Assembly: GCA_030390025.1 (NCBI GenBank)
Contig: CM059429.1
Span: forward strand, 30,752,001 to 30,816,000
From: Squalus acanthias
Lineage: Eukaryota
DNA length: 64,000 bases
Direction: 5' to 3'
The notes under the pieces are model-generated. The model was not told the DNA's origin and ran no database searches. It worked only from the letters and a program-made list of their open reading frames with translations. Shown in pieces: positions 1-10,919 of the stretch. Both the position numbers and the translations under genes were made by a program. Every line of letters starts with the position of its first letter. Within the stretch, counting starts at the first letter, position 1.

Positions 1-981
1 ACCTTCACATGGTCCATCTCCGACTCTTCTCTTCCCTTCCTCGACTTCTCCATCTCCATCTCTGGGGATAGGTTATTGACTAACATTCACTACAAGCCCA
101 CCGACTCCCACAGCTACCTGGACTACACTTCCTCCCACCCCGCCTCCTGTAAGGACTCTATTCCATTCTCCCAGTTTCTCCGTCTCCGCCGCATCTGCTC
201 TGATGATGCCACCTTCCATACCAGTGCTTCCGACATGTCTTCCTTTTTCCTCAACCGAGGATTCCCCTCTACCGTGGTCGACACGGCCCTCGACCGTGTC
301 CGTTCTATCTCCCGCACATCTGCCCTCACCCCTGCCCCTCCCTCCCGGAACCACGATAGGGTTCCCCTTGTCCTCACCTTTCACCCCACCAGCCTCCACA
401 TTCAACGGATCATCCTCCGCCATTTCCGCCACCTCCAGCGTGATCCCACCACCAAACACATCTTCCCCTCACCTCCCCTTTCAGCATTCCGCAGGGACCG
501 CTCCCTCCGCGACACCCTAGTCCACTCCTCTACCACCCCCAGCACCCCTTCCCCTTCGCCCGGCACCTTCCCGTGCACGCGCAGGAGATGCAACACATGC
601 CCTTATACCTCCCCTCTTCCCACTGTCCAGGGCCCCAAACACCCCTTCCAGGTGAAACAGCGATTTACTTGTACTTCCTGCAATTTAGTATACTGTATTC
701 GCTGCTCACGATGTGGACTCCTCTACATTGGGGAGACCAAACGCAGATTGGGTGACCGCTTTGCGGAACACCTCCGTTCAGTCCGTAAGGGGGACCCCGA
801 GCTCCCGGTGGCCTGTCACTTTAATTCACCGCTTCACTCCCACTCTGACCTCACCGTCCTCGGCCTAATACACTGTTCCACGGAAGCTCAGCGTAAGCTC
901 GAGGAACAGCACCTCATCTTTCGTTTAGGCACGCTACAGCCCTCTGGACTCAATATCGAGTTCAACAATTTTAGATCATAA
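1..981 (+). CDS. Penelope-like retroelement ORF, 3' part (end of RT, thumb, Cys linker, GIY-YIG endonuclease); 5'-truncated by the window edge
   Basis: Frame is open from base 1 (TFTWSISDSSLPFLDF...HYKPTDSHSYLDYTSSHP...IPFSQFLRLRRICS) to TAA at 979-981. It contains CxxxxCxxC and NLVYCIRCSRCGLLYIGETKRRLGDRFAEH...GLN, the PLE GIY-YIG signature. Confidence 0.93.
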   Translation, partial: TFTWSISDSSLPFLDFSISISGDRLLTNIHYKPTDSHSYLDYTSSHPASCKDSIPFSQFLRLRRICSDDATFHTSASDMSSFFLNRGFPSTVVDTALDRVRSISRTSALTPAPPSRNHDRVPLVLTFHPTSLHIQRIILRHFRHLQRDPTTKHIFPSPPLSAFRRDRSLRDTLVHSSTTPSTPSPSPGTFPCTRRRCNTCPYTSPLPTVQGPKHPFQVKQRFTCTSCNLVYCIRCSRCGLLYIGETKRRLGDRFAEHLRSVRKGDPELPVACHFNSPLHSHSDLTVLGLIHCSTEAQRKLEEQHLIFRLGTLQPSGLNIEFNNFRS

Positions 982-1257
982 CCTCAGCTCCAATCACATT
1001 TATATTTTATTTTATCCACCCTTTTATTTGTCCCCCCCACCTTTTTTTTCCTCCTAGAAGCTGGCAGCTGTCCTTCATTCTGCCAGTAGATTTCACACTT
1101 CATTCAGCCTTAATCTGTCACATTAACACCACCTCTAGCCTTGCATATCTCTTAATGTCTCTTAATGTCTCTTCATCTCCTCCTTTGTTCCTTTATCCCC
1201 TCCCCCTTTTCCCAGCTTTACCCTGGCCTTAAATCTATTTGATTTCCAGCTCTTCCC

Positions 1258-1294
1258 AGTTCTGATGAAAGGTCATCGACCTGAAACGTCAACT
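1258..1294 (+). ncRNA. Minimal type I hammerhead ribozyme (PLE-associated, dimer-dependent)
   Basis: AGTT-CTGATGA-A-AGGTC(atc)GACCT-GAAA-CG-TC-AACT: intact core CUGAUGA and GAAA, 5-bp stem II, 4-bp stem I, palindromic ACGU in place of stem III. Predicted cleavage is after GUC at 1290. Confidence 0.82.
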
Positions 1295-1539
1295 CTCTTT
1301 CTCTCTCCACGGATGCTGCCTGGCCTGCTGAGTTTTTCCAGCGTTTTCTGTTGTTATTATATATTAATGGTGTCCTCCTTCCGGGGAGAAATTTAGTTGG
1401 ATTTGTCCTGGTGGTGTTGGGCTCACACCCAGTGCCAGTCTATCGGTCAGATTCAAAATCGAGCCATTGCAGTTTACACAAGTGCCTTTTTCTCCCCCAA
1501 CACTGCCGGACTTTGCGTGTGTGTGAGAGAAGTGAATGA

Positions 1540-1665
1540 AGGCGGGGGGCGCTATTTCTCTCTGATTGTGACATCACAAAGAGTAGCGGCACCGCCCCTT
1601 CATGTGTTGGCGTGTCTGATTGGTCAATGCCTGGCAAGCTCGCATTCGAAGAGGCGGAGCTCTCC
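1540..1665 (+). promoter_or_regulatory. Probable C2orf72 proximal promoter
   Basis: CpG-rich stretch upstream of the ATG with GC boxes (ggcggggggc, ccgcccc, gaggcggagc), an inverted CCAAT box (ctgattgg, about 1616-1623) and CRE-like tgacatca. Confidence 0.5.
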
Positions 1666-1706
1666 GGGGCTCAGCAGCTTTTGCCCGAGGGTCTGAGAGC
1701 GAGAGG

Positions 1707-2367
1707 ATGGAAGAGGGCAGAGAAGAGTTGGACCCAGACTGGACCGAGAGGGAGTTCCAGCAACTGGTCAAAGCCATTGGAGGCAAAGAGAGTATCTTCC
1801 TGATCGGGGAGGTGTGCGAGAGCCGGGACCTGATGTTTCAGTTCGTGAATAACCTGTTTCCACGTTCTGGGAAAGTTTGCAGCAAGTTTTCGGACACGGA
1901 GAGCAATCAGCAAATGACGGAGCCGCAATGCAAGGACTCTGAGCCCGACAACGAGCGAGACTTGGAGAACTTGTTGGATTCTTCTACCAAGGTGGCCCAC
2001 ATGGTGAACGGGAGCAAGGAGCAGAGGCGGATCAAAGCCCGGCTAATTCTCTTCCTCTTCCACCAAGATTTCATCTGTAACCGGCAGAACGATCTCGTGA
2101 TCCGGGAGCTCCTGAAGGACGTTCGGCAAAGGTCCAGCTCCTGGGAGGACCTGCCCGCTCTCATCGGGGTGGTCCACGCTGACACTGTTAGCGGGGAGCT
2201 GAGCGTCGCCGTCCGCCTCATAGAGTACTACCTGCGGACAGTCTTTCACCGGCACCCCGGTGAGTGCGTTCAGGCACTTCCCTTCATATCCGACCAGCCG
2301 GACTCTATGACAGAGCTGAAAAAGACCACCTGTGTTGTCCTCCGAGCTGTTTCGAGCGTCACAGCAG
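1707..2367 (+). CDS. C2orf72: C2orf72 orthologue (DUF4630), coding exon 1
   Basis: ATG in a good Kozak context (aggATGg). EFQQLVKAIGGKESIFLIGE, IRELLKDVRQR, ALIGVV and RLIEYYLRTVF...VQA match recalled human motifs FQALVEAAGGRGQVLLVGE, LREMLRDVRGR, ALVGVL and RLLEALLRAVF...VQA. Phase-1 donor cag|GTACCT at 2368. The gene is adjacent to PSMD1, as in human. Confidence 0.88.
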
Positions 2368-2710
2368 GTACCTAGCAGGACTCCGGGCTAATTAATGACA
2401 TTATAGGATTCGGCCTACTTGTTTGTATGGAAGTGTAATTTATCTTTTTTTTGGTGTAAATTTGTCCCCCCATCCACCCTCATTGAATGTAATTTGGCAT
2501 CATTGAGTTTATTGTCGTTGTGCCAGGAGGCAGGAAGCTAAAGACTTTCCTATAATTGTCTGACTGTCCCAAAAAGGGCACTTGCACGTCCAATAGGAGG
2601 CAGCAACATAGAACTATCTGGTGCCACTGTTCCCAAACTATTTTTTGCTGCCCTTTTCTGAGATTCATGTCCCTGGCGCACACACACACACTCTCTCTCT
2701 AATAAAGAGT

Positions 2711-3473
2711 GGGCCAGATTTTGCTGTGATGGGTGAATAAACGGTGCCAGCTGTTCATTAGACTTTACTTGCCCATAGATTTTCCATGTTTTGCACGGTA
2801 AGTTGCTGTCAGTGGGACATCCAAACAGCGCAGTGCCCTCTAGAGCATCTGAGACCTGTGTGAACAGGGCAAGCAACTGTGCATCGATACAATCAAATTG
2901 AAGAATCGTTAATGAGCAGCGCAGAGTCTGAACTAGGAAGGGTAAATTAGAATAATGAATTCAATGTCAAATCACTTACAGAAAGCAAAATAAAGAGGGA
3001 AAGAAAGATTGGATTAAGAGAGCGATAAGAGAAAGAAAAAAGTTTAAAGATTAAAAAAAAATCTCAACAATAATTGAAATCTAAAGGAATGAGACTCCAC
3101 GCTTGTTAATTTTAATTTTCAGTGCCAGAGAGGTGATTGATAGTAATTAAGACTTACCATGCTGTTAAAAAGGTACTTAGACTGAAGTGACTTGACTTAA
3201 TTTTTTGTGGCACGTTTAGTCCGTATCTATGACATCAGTAAAGGAACTTCACACCATTCAATACATTTGAATGTGAAGCCAGGCGACGAGATGCTGTTTT
3301 CACGCAACTCATGGAGGAGCAGGGCAACTCTGCATTTATGCGCAAATTGGACAGCAACTTCTGGATTTTTGCGTTTCACTGCATGTGTGCGCGCCGGAAA
3401 TTGCTGTCCGATTTGGGCATAAATAACTGAGCGCTGTTCGCATCACCATTATTTTCACAGCGAAATCCGGCCC
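2711..3473. mobile_element. Non-autonomous PIF/Harbinger-type element (MITE)
   Basis: TIRs GGGCCAGATTTTGCTGTGA / TCACAGCGAAATCCGGCCC (17/19 match); 3-bp TSD AGT (2708-2710, 3474-3476). Confidence 0.85.
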
Positions 3474-3645
3474 AGTATCTTTGCATGTAAAAAGGATTTT
3501 GTTTTCTGGGCTAACATAACATATTGCTTAAGACAGAAAGCAAAATAAATAGCACAGTACCACTACTGAATAAACTTGAACATAGAAGAACATTTGATGA
3601 CTCACATTTGTCTCGGTGAGTAGTTTGAGCCTGTATGCTACTAGT

Positions 3646-3750
3646 GGGTTAGGATCTCGGCACCCAGTTGGAGTTGGGATCCCTGTCCCCAGATAGGGTT
3701 GGGATCTCACCCCTCGGAGAGGGTTAGGATCTCTGCACCCCCCATATAGG
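3646..3750. repeat. Short degenerate minisatellite, about 4 units of 25-28 bp
   Basis: Recurring gggtt(a/g)ggatct...cccc unit. Confidence 0.55.
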
Positions 3751-3929
3751 TGCGATCGGCAGAAGAACACAAAGAAAGACAAGGGACATGTAGGATCAGT
3801 AAAGTAAGATAAAAATATAGAAAGGAAGGAGACTGACACACACAAGTGAAGGAACAACACTTCGCCCCCGCCCCCCCTCATACTGACCAGTATCCATTAT
3901 CATTAGTTTACTTGTCCATCTCCCACTTC

Positions 3930-4200
3930 CTTCACCCCACCATTGGCGGCCGTGCCTTCAGCTGTCTCGGCCCTAAGCTCTGGAATTCCCTCCTTAAACC
4001 TCTCTGTCTCTCCACCTCACTCACTCTTCCTTTAAGAACATCCTTAAAACCTACCTCTTGGGCCAAGCTTTTGGTCACCTGTCCTAAAGTCGTCGTCTTT
4101 GGCTTGGTGTCAATTTTTGTCTGATTTACACTTCTGTGAAGCATCTTCGGATGCTTTACTCTGTTAACGGTGCTATATAAATGCAAGTTGTTGCTGTTGT
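3930..4200 (+). mobile_element. L2 LINE 3' end fragment
   Basis: PTIGGRAFSCLGPKLWNSL motif, then 3' UTR ending gctatataaatgcaagttgttgctgttg. Confidence 0.8.
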
Positions 4201-4445
4201 AGTTAGACGAGCAAGGCTTACTATTTATTTTGGTGGATTTGATTGTAAAAAGTTTTGCAAACTAATGCTTTTGCTTTATTGTTAAAGAAAATGCATCATG
4301 TGAGCAAACCACAAAAAAACACAGACTTTACACTTGAGCTTCAGGATCTTATTGCAACAGAATTAGTTGTGCACACTCTGACTCACTACAGTGACCAGAC
4401 AAAATATCCACTGAACCACAAACACTGGAATTTAAAAAAAAATAT

Positions 4446-4909
4446 GAAAGAAAGACTTGATCTATATACCGCCTTTCACGACCACCGGACGTCTCAAAGC
4501 GCTTTACAGCCAATGAAGTACTTTTGCAGTGTAGTCACTGTTGTAATGTGGGAAACGCGGCAGCCAATTTGCGCACAGCAAGCTCCCACAAACAGCAATG
4601 GGATAATGACCAGATAATCTGTTTTTGTTATGTTGGTTGAGGGATAAATATTGGCCAGGACACTGGGGATAACTCCCCTACTCTTCTTCGAAATAATGCC
4701 ATGGGATCTTTTACATCCATCCGAGAAAGCAGACGGGGTCTCAGTTTAACGTCTCATCCGAAAGACGGCACCTCCAACAGTGCAGCACTCTCTCAGTACT
4801 GCACTGGAGTGTCAGCCTAGCTTTATGTGCTTAATTCCTGGGAGTAAGACTTGAATCCACAACCTTCTGACTCCGAGGCGAGTGTGCTACCAACTGAGCC
4901 ACAGCTGAC
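4446..4909 (-). mobile_element. Full-length tRNA-headed DeuSINE (SacSINE1-like)
   Basis: Minus strand shows A box TGGCTCAGTTGG, B box GGATTCAAGTC, a Deu-domain core (ggatgtaaaagatcccatggca...gtgtcctggccaatatttatccctcaa), an L2-like tail and a (CTTT)n end. Confidence 0.85.
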
Positions 4910-5785
4910 AATGTAAATATATGGATGTAAACCTTTTTGGGAAATGTTGATCAGAAATGAAGTGCATGAATTAAGTGTATAATCAACTAGATTATCAACA
5001 TATTTAAACCACCTTTGAGAGCTATTTCTGATCAAACAGCAAACCCCAAACGAGTGTTTGAATTTCACCTCAGTACCAAGCAATGTTGCCCTGACAAACG
5101 GAATGGGGGAGGCCAGTGAGCAGGACTGCAATGGCTCAGCTCTTCCCATAGTGCCCAGGCCCTCACTGTGTGGACCTCTGCTATGTGGATCATCTGTTTG
5201 TCGATCTCCATGCTTCAATGTAGGTTCTGGCCAATCTCTGCGATGATAATACATATGATCGCCCTCAATGGGACGCCCGGCACTCAGCTTGAACTCTAGA
5301 CCATCTCATCCTCTTTGTGTCCTCCCTGATAACCTCAGCGTGGCCCCAGTTTGGAACCTCTACGAGCAGAATGAAGGGGACATTAGAAGAATTTATTTTC
5401 ACATAAAGGGTTATGAGAATATCCCCTTAATTCTGGTTTGCTAATAATCATTCACTATTTGCCCATTCAAAACCTTTCATACTTTTTATAATCTCTATTA
5501 AATTTCCTTTTGGCAAAATGGACTTTTTCAGGTTGATATTTTTTAAAGACTTGTATTCATGTAATGCTAGAATCAGACTGCAACGGCTTAACTCCCTAGG
5601 CTATGTACAGTATTCCTTTTAACAGAAAGGCATCACTTTGAACAAGTTTGTTTGCTTAAAATATGTTCCTCAAAGTGCAAGTTCAATTTGGCCCACATAG
5701 TAGTGGTATTGTAGTGTTAATTAGCTAATCATCCCAGGGATTATTATTTATCAGCCCAAAAATCGTGTGGTGTTATTAGAGATGG

Positions 5786-5972
5786 AAACAAAAACCGAAA
5801 TTGCTGGAAACATTCACCAGGTCAGGCAACATCTGTGGAGAGAGCAGAAGTTAATGTTTCAGGTACGGAACCTACCCCGGTATCACAGATGTTGCCTGAC
5901 CTGAGGAGTGTTTCCAGCATTTTCTTTTATTCGTTTTAGATTTCTAGCAACTGCAGTATTTTGCTATTTTTC
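5786..5972. mobile_element. Inverted pair of Penelope pseudo-LTR termini
   Basis: 5802-5837 and 5884-5919 are near-perfect 36-nt inverted copies of the PLE terminal module seen at about 1305-1350. Confidence 0.75.
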
Positions 5973-6794
5973 ATATTGTTGGAGAGAGATCCCATTGTCC
6001 CACAACACCTGGCTGCTGTGTAATTCCATTTAATCTGCACGGTGGGACACAGCCAGCTGGACTCCTGGAGGTCCCCTGGTTATGCATCAAGTGATAGGCT
6101 CTCAACCTGGGGGTAATGACTTTGATTGACAGCAACTTCTGAATCTGATGATTGGCTAGAGACCTCTGCGATTTACAGTTCAGTGGGCAGAGATTTCATC
6201 TTGCAGAATTAGGATGGCAGTTCTTGGAGAAAAACACAAAAGGAAAGTCAATGTCTTGTCCACAAGTGTGCGAAGAATGCTAGAGCCTCCTTATAAGTGG
6301 GATAGGTATTGAAGTCTTGGAGGGAATTTGGGCTTTGTAGAAAGTTCAAAGTTGTTGAGGTGGCTTCATGATGGCTGTAGTAATGGGTGAGGGTCACTGT
6401 CTCGAGCATTATCTGTGGGCAGCTTTTCACCAGGACCCTCGTCCACGCATGTTGGTGCTTCCCTTTGTACTAGTCGTTTAATGACTACCTTTTGAGGAGC
6501 TTTCAAAATCATAGCGGGGCTTACAATTAGCTATACTATAGGATTGTTTCCTCTCTACATAACAAGAATGTCAATGGATAAAGCAGGACTAAAAGTGGAA
6601 CTGTCAAAGATAAGAGGTGCAGCTGTTCTATAGACATGAAAGAGAATTGAAAGAAATAAGCTTTCCATTGTCCTAGCAAAGAACATGAAGGAGATCTTGA
6701 AATCAGAGTTTCTAGCACAGAAGATGGTCATTCAGCCCATTGTGCCTGCATCAGTGCCAGATGTTCAAATGGAATTATGTAATTTAATCCTAAT

Positions 6795-9285
6795 TAGGAA
6801 CAGTAGTAGGCCATTCAAGCCCTCCAGCCTGTTCCGTTATTCAATTAGATCATAGCTGATCTGTATCCTAACTCCATTTACCCACCTTGGCTCCATATCC
6901 CTTAATATCCTTGGCTAGCAAAAATCTATCTATCTCAGATTTAAAATTATTAATTGAGCTAGCATCTACTGCTTTTTGTGGGAGACAGTTCCACACTTCT
7001 ACTACCCTTTGCATGAAGAAGTGTTTCCTAACCTCTCTTCTGAATGGCCTAACACTGATTTTAAGGTTATCGCCCCTTGTCCTACACTACCCCACCAGCA
7101 CAAAGAATCATAGAATGGTTACAGCACAGAAGGAGGCCATTCAGCCCGTGCCGGCTCTCTGCAAGGCCACTTCAGCTAGTCCCACTCCCCCACCCTTTCC
7201 CTGTAACCCTGAAAATGTTTTTCCTTCAGGTACTTATCCAATTCCCTTTTGAAAGCCAAGATTGAGTCTGCTCTTTATCAATTTTTATCTCATCCAGTAT
7301 CTCCACTACCTCCTTTTTCACTATGACTCTGGCAGCATCTTCTTCCTTGGTGAAGACAGATGCAAAGTACTTATTTAGTACCTCAGCCATGGCCTCTGCC
7401 TCCATGCGTAGGTCTCCTTTTTAGTCCCTAATCAGCCCCACCCTTCCTCTTACTACCTGTTTATTATTTATATGCCTATATAAATAAGACTTTTGAATTC
7501 CCTTTTTGTTAGCTGCCAAACTATTCTCATACTCTCTCTTTGCCCCATTTATTTTCTTTTTCACTTCTTCTCTAAACTTTCTATATTCAGCCTGATTCTC
7601 ACTTGTATTCTCAACCTGACCTCTGTCATACGCACTCTTTTTCTGCTTTATCTTCCTCTCTGTCTCTTTCGTCATCCAGGGAACTCTGGCTTTAGTTGCC
7701 CTACCTTTCCCCCTCATGGGAATGTACCTCGACTGTATCTGAACCATCTCCTCTTTAAAGGCAGCCCATTGTTCGATTACAGTTTTGCCTGCCAATCTTT
7801 GATTCCAATTCACCCGGGCCAGATCCGGTCTCAACTCACTGAAATTGGCTTTCCTCCAATTAAGTATTTTTACTCTAGATTGCTCCCTGTCCTTTTCCAT
7901 AGCTAATCTAAACCTTTTATGATACTATGATCACTGTTCCATAAATGTTCCCCTACTGATACTTGCTCCACTTGACCCACCTCATTCCCCAGAACCAGAT
8001 CCAGCAATGCCTCCTTCCTCGTTGGGCTGGAAACATACTGATCAAGAAAGTTCTCCTGAACACACTTCAGAAATTCTTCCCCTTCTCTGCCCTTTACACT
8101 ATTATTATCCCAGTCTATATTAGGATAGTTGAAGTCCCCCATTATCACTACTCTATAGTTCTTGCACCTCCCTGCAAATTTGCTCCTCTATATCTTTCCC
8201 ACTAGTTGGTGGCCTATAGAATACACCTAGTAGTGTAATGGCACCTCTATTATTTCTTAACTCTAACCAAATAGATTCTGTCCTTGACCCCTCCAGGACA
8301 TCCTCTCCCTCTCCAGTACTGTAACATTCTCCTTAACCAATACAGCCACCCACCTCCTTTCTTTCCTGAACACCTTATATCTCGCACAAAAGGTTTCTCT
8401 CTATCTACCTTATCAATTACTTTCAAAATCCTAAAACCTCAATCACATCACCCCTTAACCTTCTATACGCCAGCGAATAAAAACCTAGTTTATGTAATCT
8501 CTCCTCATAATTTAACCCTTGGAGTCCTGGTAACATTCTGGTGAATCTGCGCTGCACACCTTCCAAGACCAATATTTCTAAGAATTGTACACCGTACTCC
8601 AGATGTTGTCTAACCAGGGCTTTGTATAGCTGCAGCAAAACTTCCTCCCCTTTATATTCTAGCCCTCTAGATATAAAGGCTAACATTCTATTAGCTTTTT
8701 TGATAATTTTTTTGTACCTGACCACTACATTTTAGTGATTTGTCTACATGGACCCCTAAATCTCTTTGTACCTCCACTGTTCCTGGCTTTTCACGATTTA
8801 AAAAATACTCTGATCTATGCATTTTTGGTTCAAAATGAATGATGTTGCACTTACCTGCGTTGAAATCCATCTACCACAGTGTTCTGTCTACTCACTTAAT
8901 CTATCAATGTCTCTTTGTAAATTTATACTCCCATCTACACTACTTACTATGTCACCATTTTGTGTCATCGGCAAACTTGGATATATGGCTCTCTATTATG
9001 TTATCAAAGTCATTAATAAATATATTGCATAATTGAGGCCCCAGCACAGATCCTTGTAGGACATCACAAGTCACTTCCTTCCAATTTGAGTACATACTCA
9101 TTATCCCTGCTCTAAGACAATCTCCTAACCAGGTCAATAATTTGCCTTCAAATCCATGGCTTTAATTTAAGTCTCCTATGTGAAACCTTATCGAATGCCT
9201 TCTGGAAGTCCATATAAACTGCATCCATAGACATTCCCCTCCCCTGTCTACTATTTTAGTTACTTCCTTAAAAAATTCAATTAGT
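6795..9285 (-). mobile_element. CR1 LINE (RT to 3' end, decayed), interrupted by a second CR1
   Basis: Minus-strand ORF pieces QGSVLGPQL...ISKFADDTK and KANRMLAFISRGLEYK...LEYGVQF...RRLRGD. The 3' end lies near 6795. Confidence 0.85.
7105..8383 (-). mobile_element. Internally deleted CR1 (endonuclease/linker region fused to the 3' tip), nested insertion
   Basis: GDFNYPNIDW...LDLVL...SDH (APE domain) and linker are joined at about 7271 directly to the last about 165 bp of a CR1. Flanked by direct repeat GCACAAA (7098-7104, 8384-8390). Confidence 0.8.
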
Positions 9286-9864
9286 ATCCCTGCCCTTTCC
9301 CCATATTGTTTTATATTCTCCCTTTTCAAATACTTACCCAATTGCCATTTAAATTATGTAGATTTTTTGCCTCAATTGCTACTTAAGCATCCCAGCTCAA
9401 GGTCCTGTGATTCAGCTTTATAGTTCAATAGGAATAGAGGCTGTGTGCAGGAACAGTGGCTGATAACCACCACCACCACCACCACCCCCCCGCCCCCATC
9501 CTTAGCCCAGGTATATCGAGGCTCATTACATTTCTTTGGCTGAGATCAGTTAATCCAGAACACATCAGCAATGTGGGATTTTCTTCAAGACTGGACAAAC
9601 CAGTTACCACTTGAGCAGCCAGTGGCTGAGTTTAATTGTTCACCTAAGCTGTGCATAAAAGCAGTATCTTAACTTATTCTATTTTGCTTTCACCTGGGAA
9701 AATGCCTGCTCCCATGTGATGTGGTCTGTGGAGCTACTGTGACTGATCTGTTGACTGGTAGATCTGGTTATGATACACCATGTACTTACATTGATACCAA
9801 TGTTGTGTTGTATTCATATCGACTATCATTATTTTAAATGCTTAACATCAGAAAAGTATTTGTT

Positions 9865-10225
9865 TATATGTTAAATGTTATGGGGTGATTTGATAGAGTT
9901 GTTTAAAATTATGAAGTGATGGGATAGAGCGGATAGAAACAAACTGTTGCCGGTGATTGAAGGGTCTAAAATGAGGTGACATAGATATAAGATTAAATGT
10001 AAGAGATTTACGACAGAGGATTGTGAGGCTGTGGAATGCACTATGGAATTAGTGATTGAAGCAGAGATCATGTCAACAGTTAAGAATAGGTTAGAAAGGT
10101 GGTTAAAGGAAATGGGGATACAGGAACAAGGTGAGCACATGGTATTAGAACTGTTGCTCATTAGAGGATAAACCCCAATGGTGACTGGGCCACATGACCT
10201 GTTTTGTGTTGTAATTCTATGTAAT
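9865..10225 (+). mobile_element. Old CR1 3' end fragment
   Basis: Degenerate GDLIELFKI...DRNKLLP...GHRYKI coding remnant, then CR1-type 3' UTR ending gtaattctatgta. Confidence 0.7.
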
Positions 10226-10919
10226 ATTTAGAGTACCCAATACCAGGCAACTAGGTTTCCATTTCAGGAAAAATATGTGCAGCAATTTTGTCAGCTGTGG
10301 GTGGAATTACTGGATTTGTGTGCCGAGTGAAGTGCTGTCATTGTATTTTCAATCAATTACCTGAAGGTAACCCAAAAGACAAGGCACACTCTTGATTCTA
10401 TGGGCTGAATTTTCCGTGGTGGTAGCGGGCGAGACCGGTGGTGGGTCGGGTGGGAAAGTTATTTTTTGACAGCCGGTCGGGAACCTGCTGTCAACTCGCT
10501 CCCACTTGCCTTTCCCAGAGGCATATCTGTCATCCTGCAGCTGACCCAACCTGCAGCGGTGGGGGACCCAATTTAAACAATTACCTTGTTGTCAGACCCT
10601 TGAGTGATTTTTAAACTTGCCTTGTAAATTTCACCGGATTCCCACAGGGACCATGCTGCTTGGGAACCACATCTGTAAACCTGAGGCGGGAGTTGAGTGG
10701 CCATTGCTCCAGCTGATTAGTTGATGGGATGAAATTTACTATAAAAGCTCCCACCTGACAGCTGATCACTTTCCTCATGCAGAAGCTGTTGAGCTTTCTG
10801 CAGGCTGCAAGTGTTTCAAGCAAAGTCTCCATCCACTGTCACCTCATTGGAAGAACCCCTCTCACCATTGACCGATTGCTTCTGTCAACTCTACTTCACC
10901 TGCCATTTATTCCATCAGC

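Larger units (their letters stand above)
1..1352 (+). mobile_element. Penelope-like element including its 3' UTR/pseudo-LTR
   Basis: The ORF above is followed by a pyrimidine-rich tail ending ...ctctccacggatgctgcctggcctgctgagtttttccagcgttttctg. The same terminal module recurs at about 5790-5970, 37720-37860, 40845-40930 and 46490-46584. Confidence 0.88.

Noticed and set aside
1620-1706. N-terminal extension of the C2orf72 ORF from a TTG start
   Set aside because: Non-ATG start from the ORF caller; the region overlaps promoter motifs, and homology begins after ATG 1707.
4840-4909. tRNA gene (A and B boxes)
   Set aside because: It is the head of a DeuSINE; no full cloverleaf or acceptor stem. 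The same applies at about 16670 and 35340.
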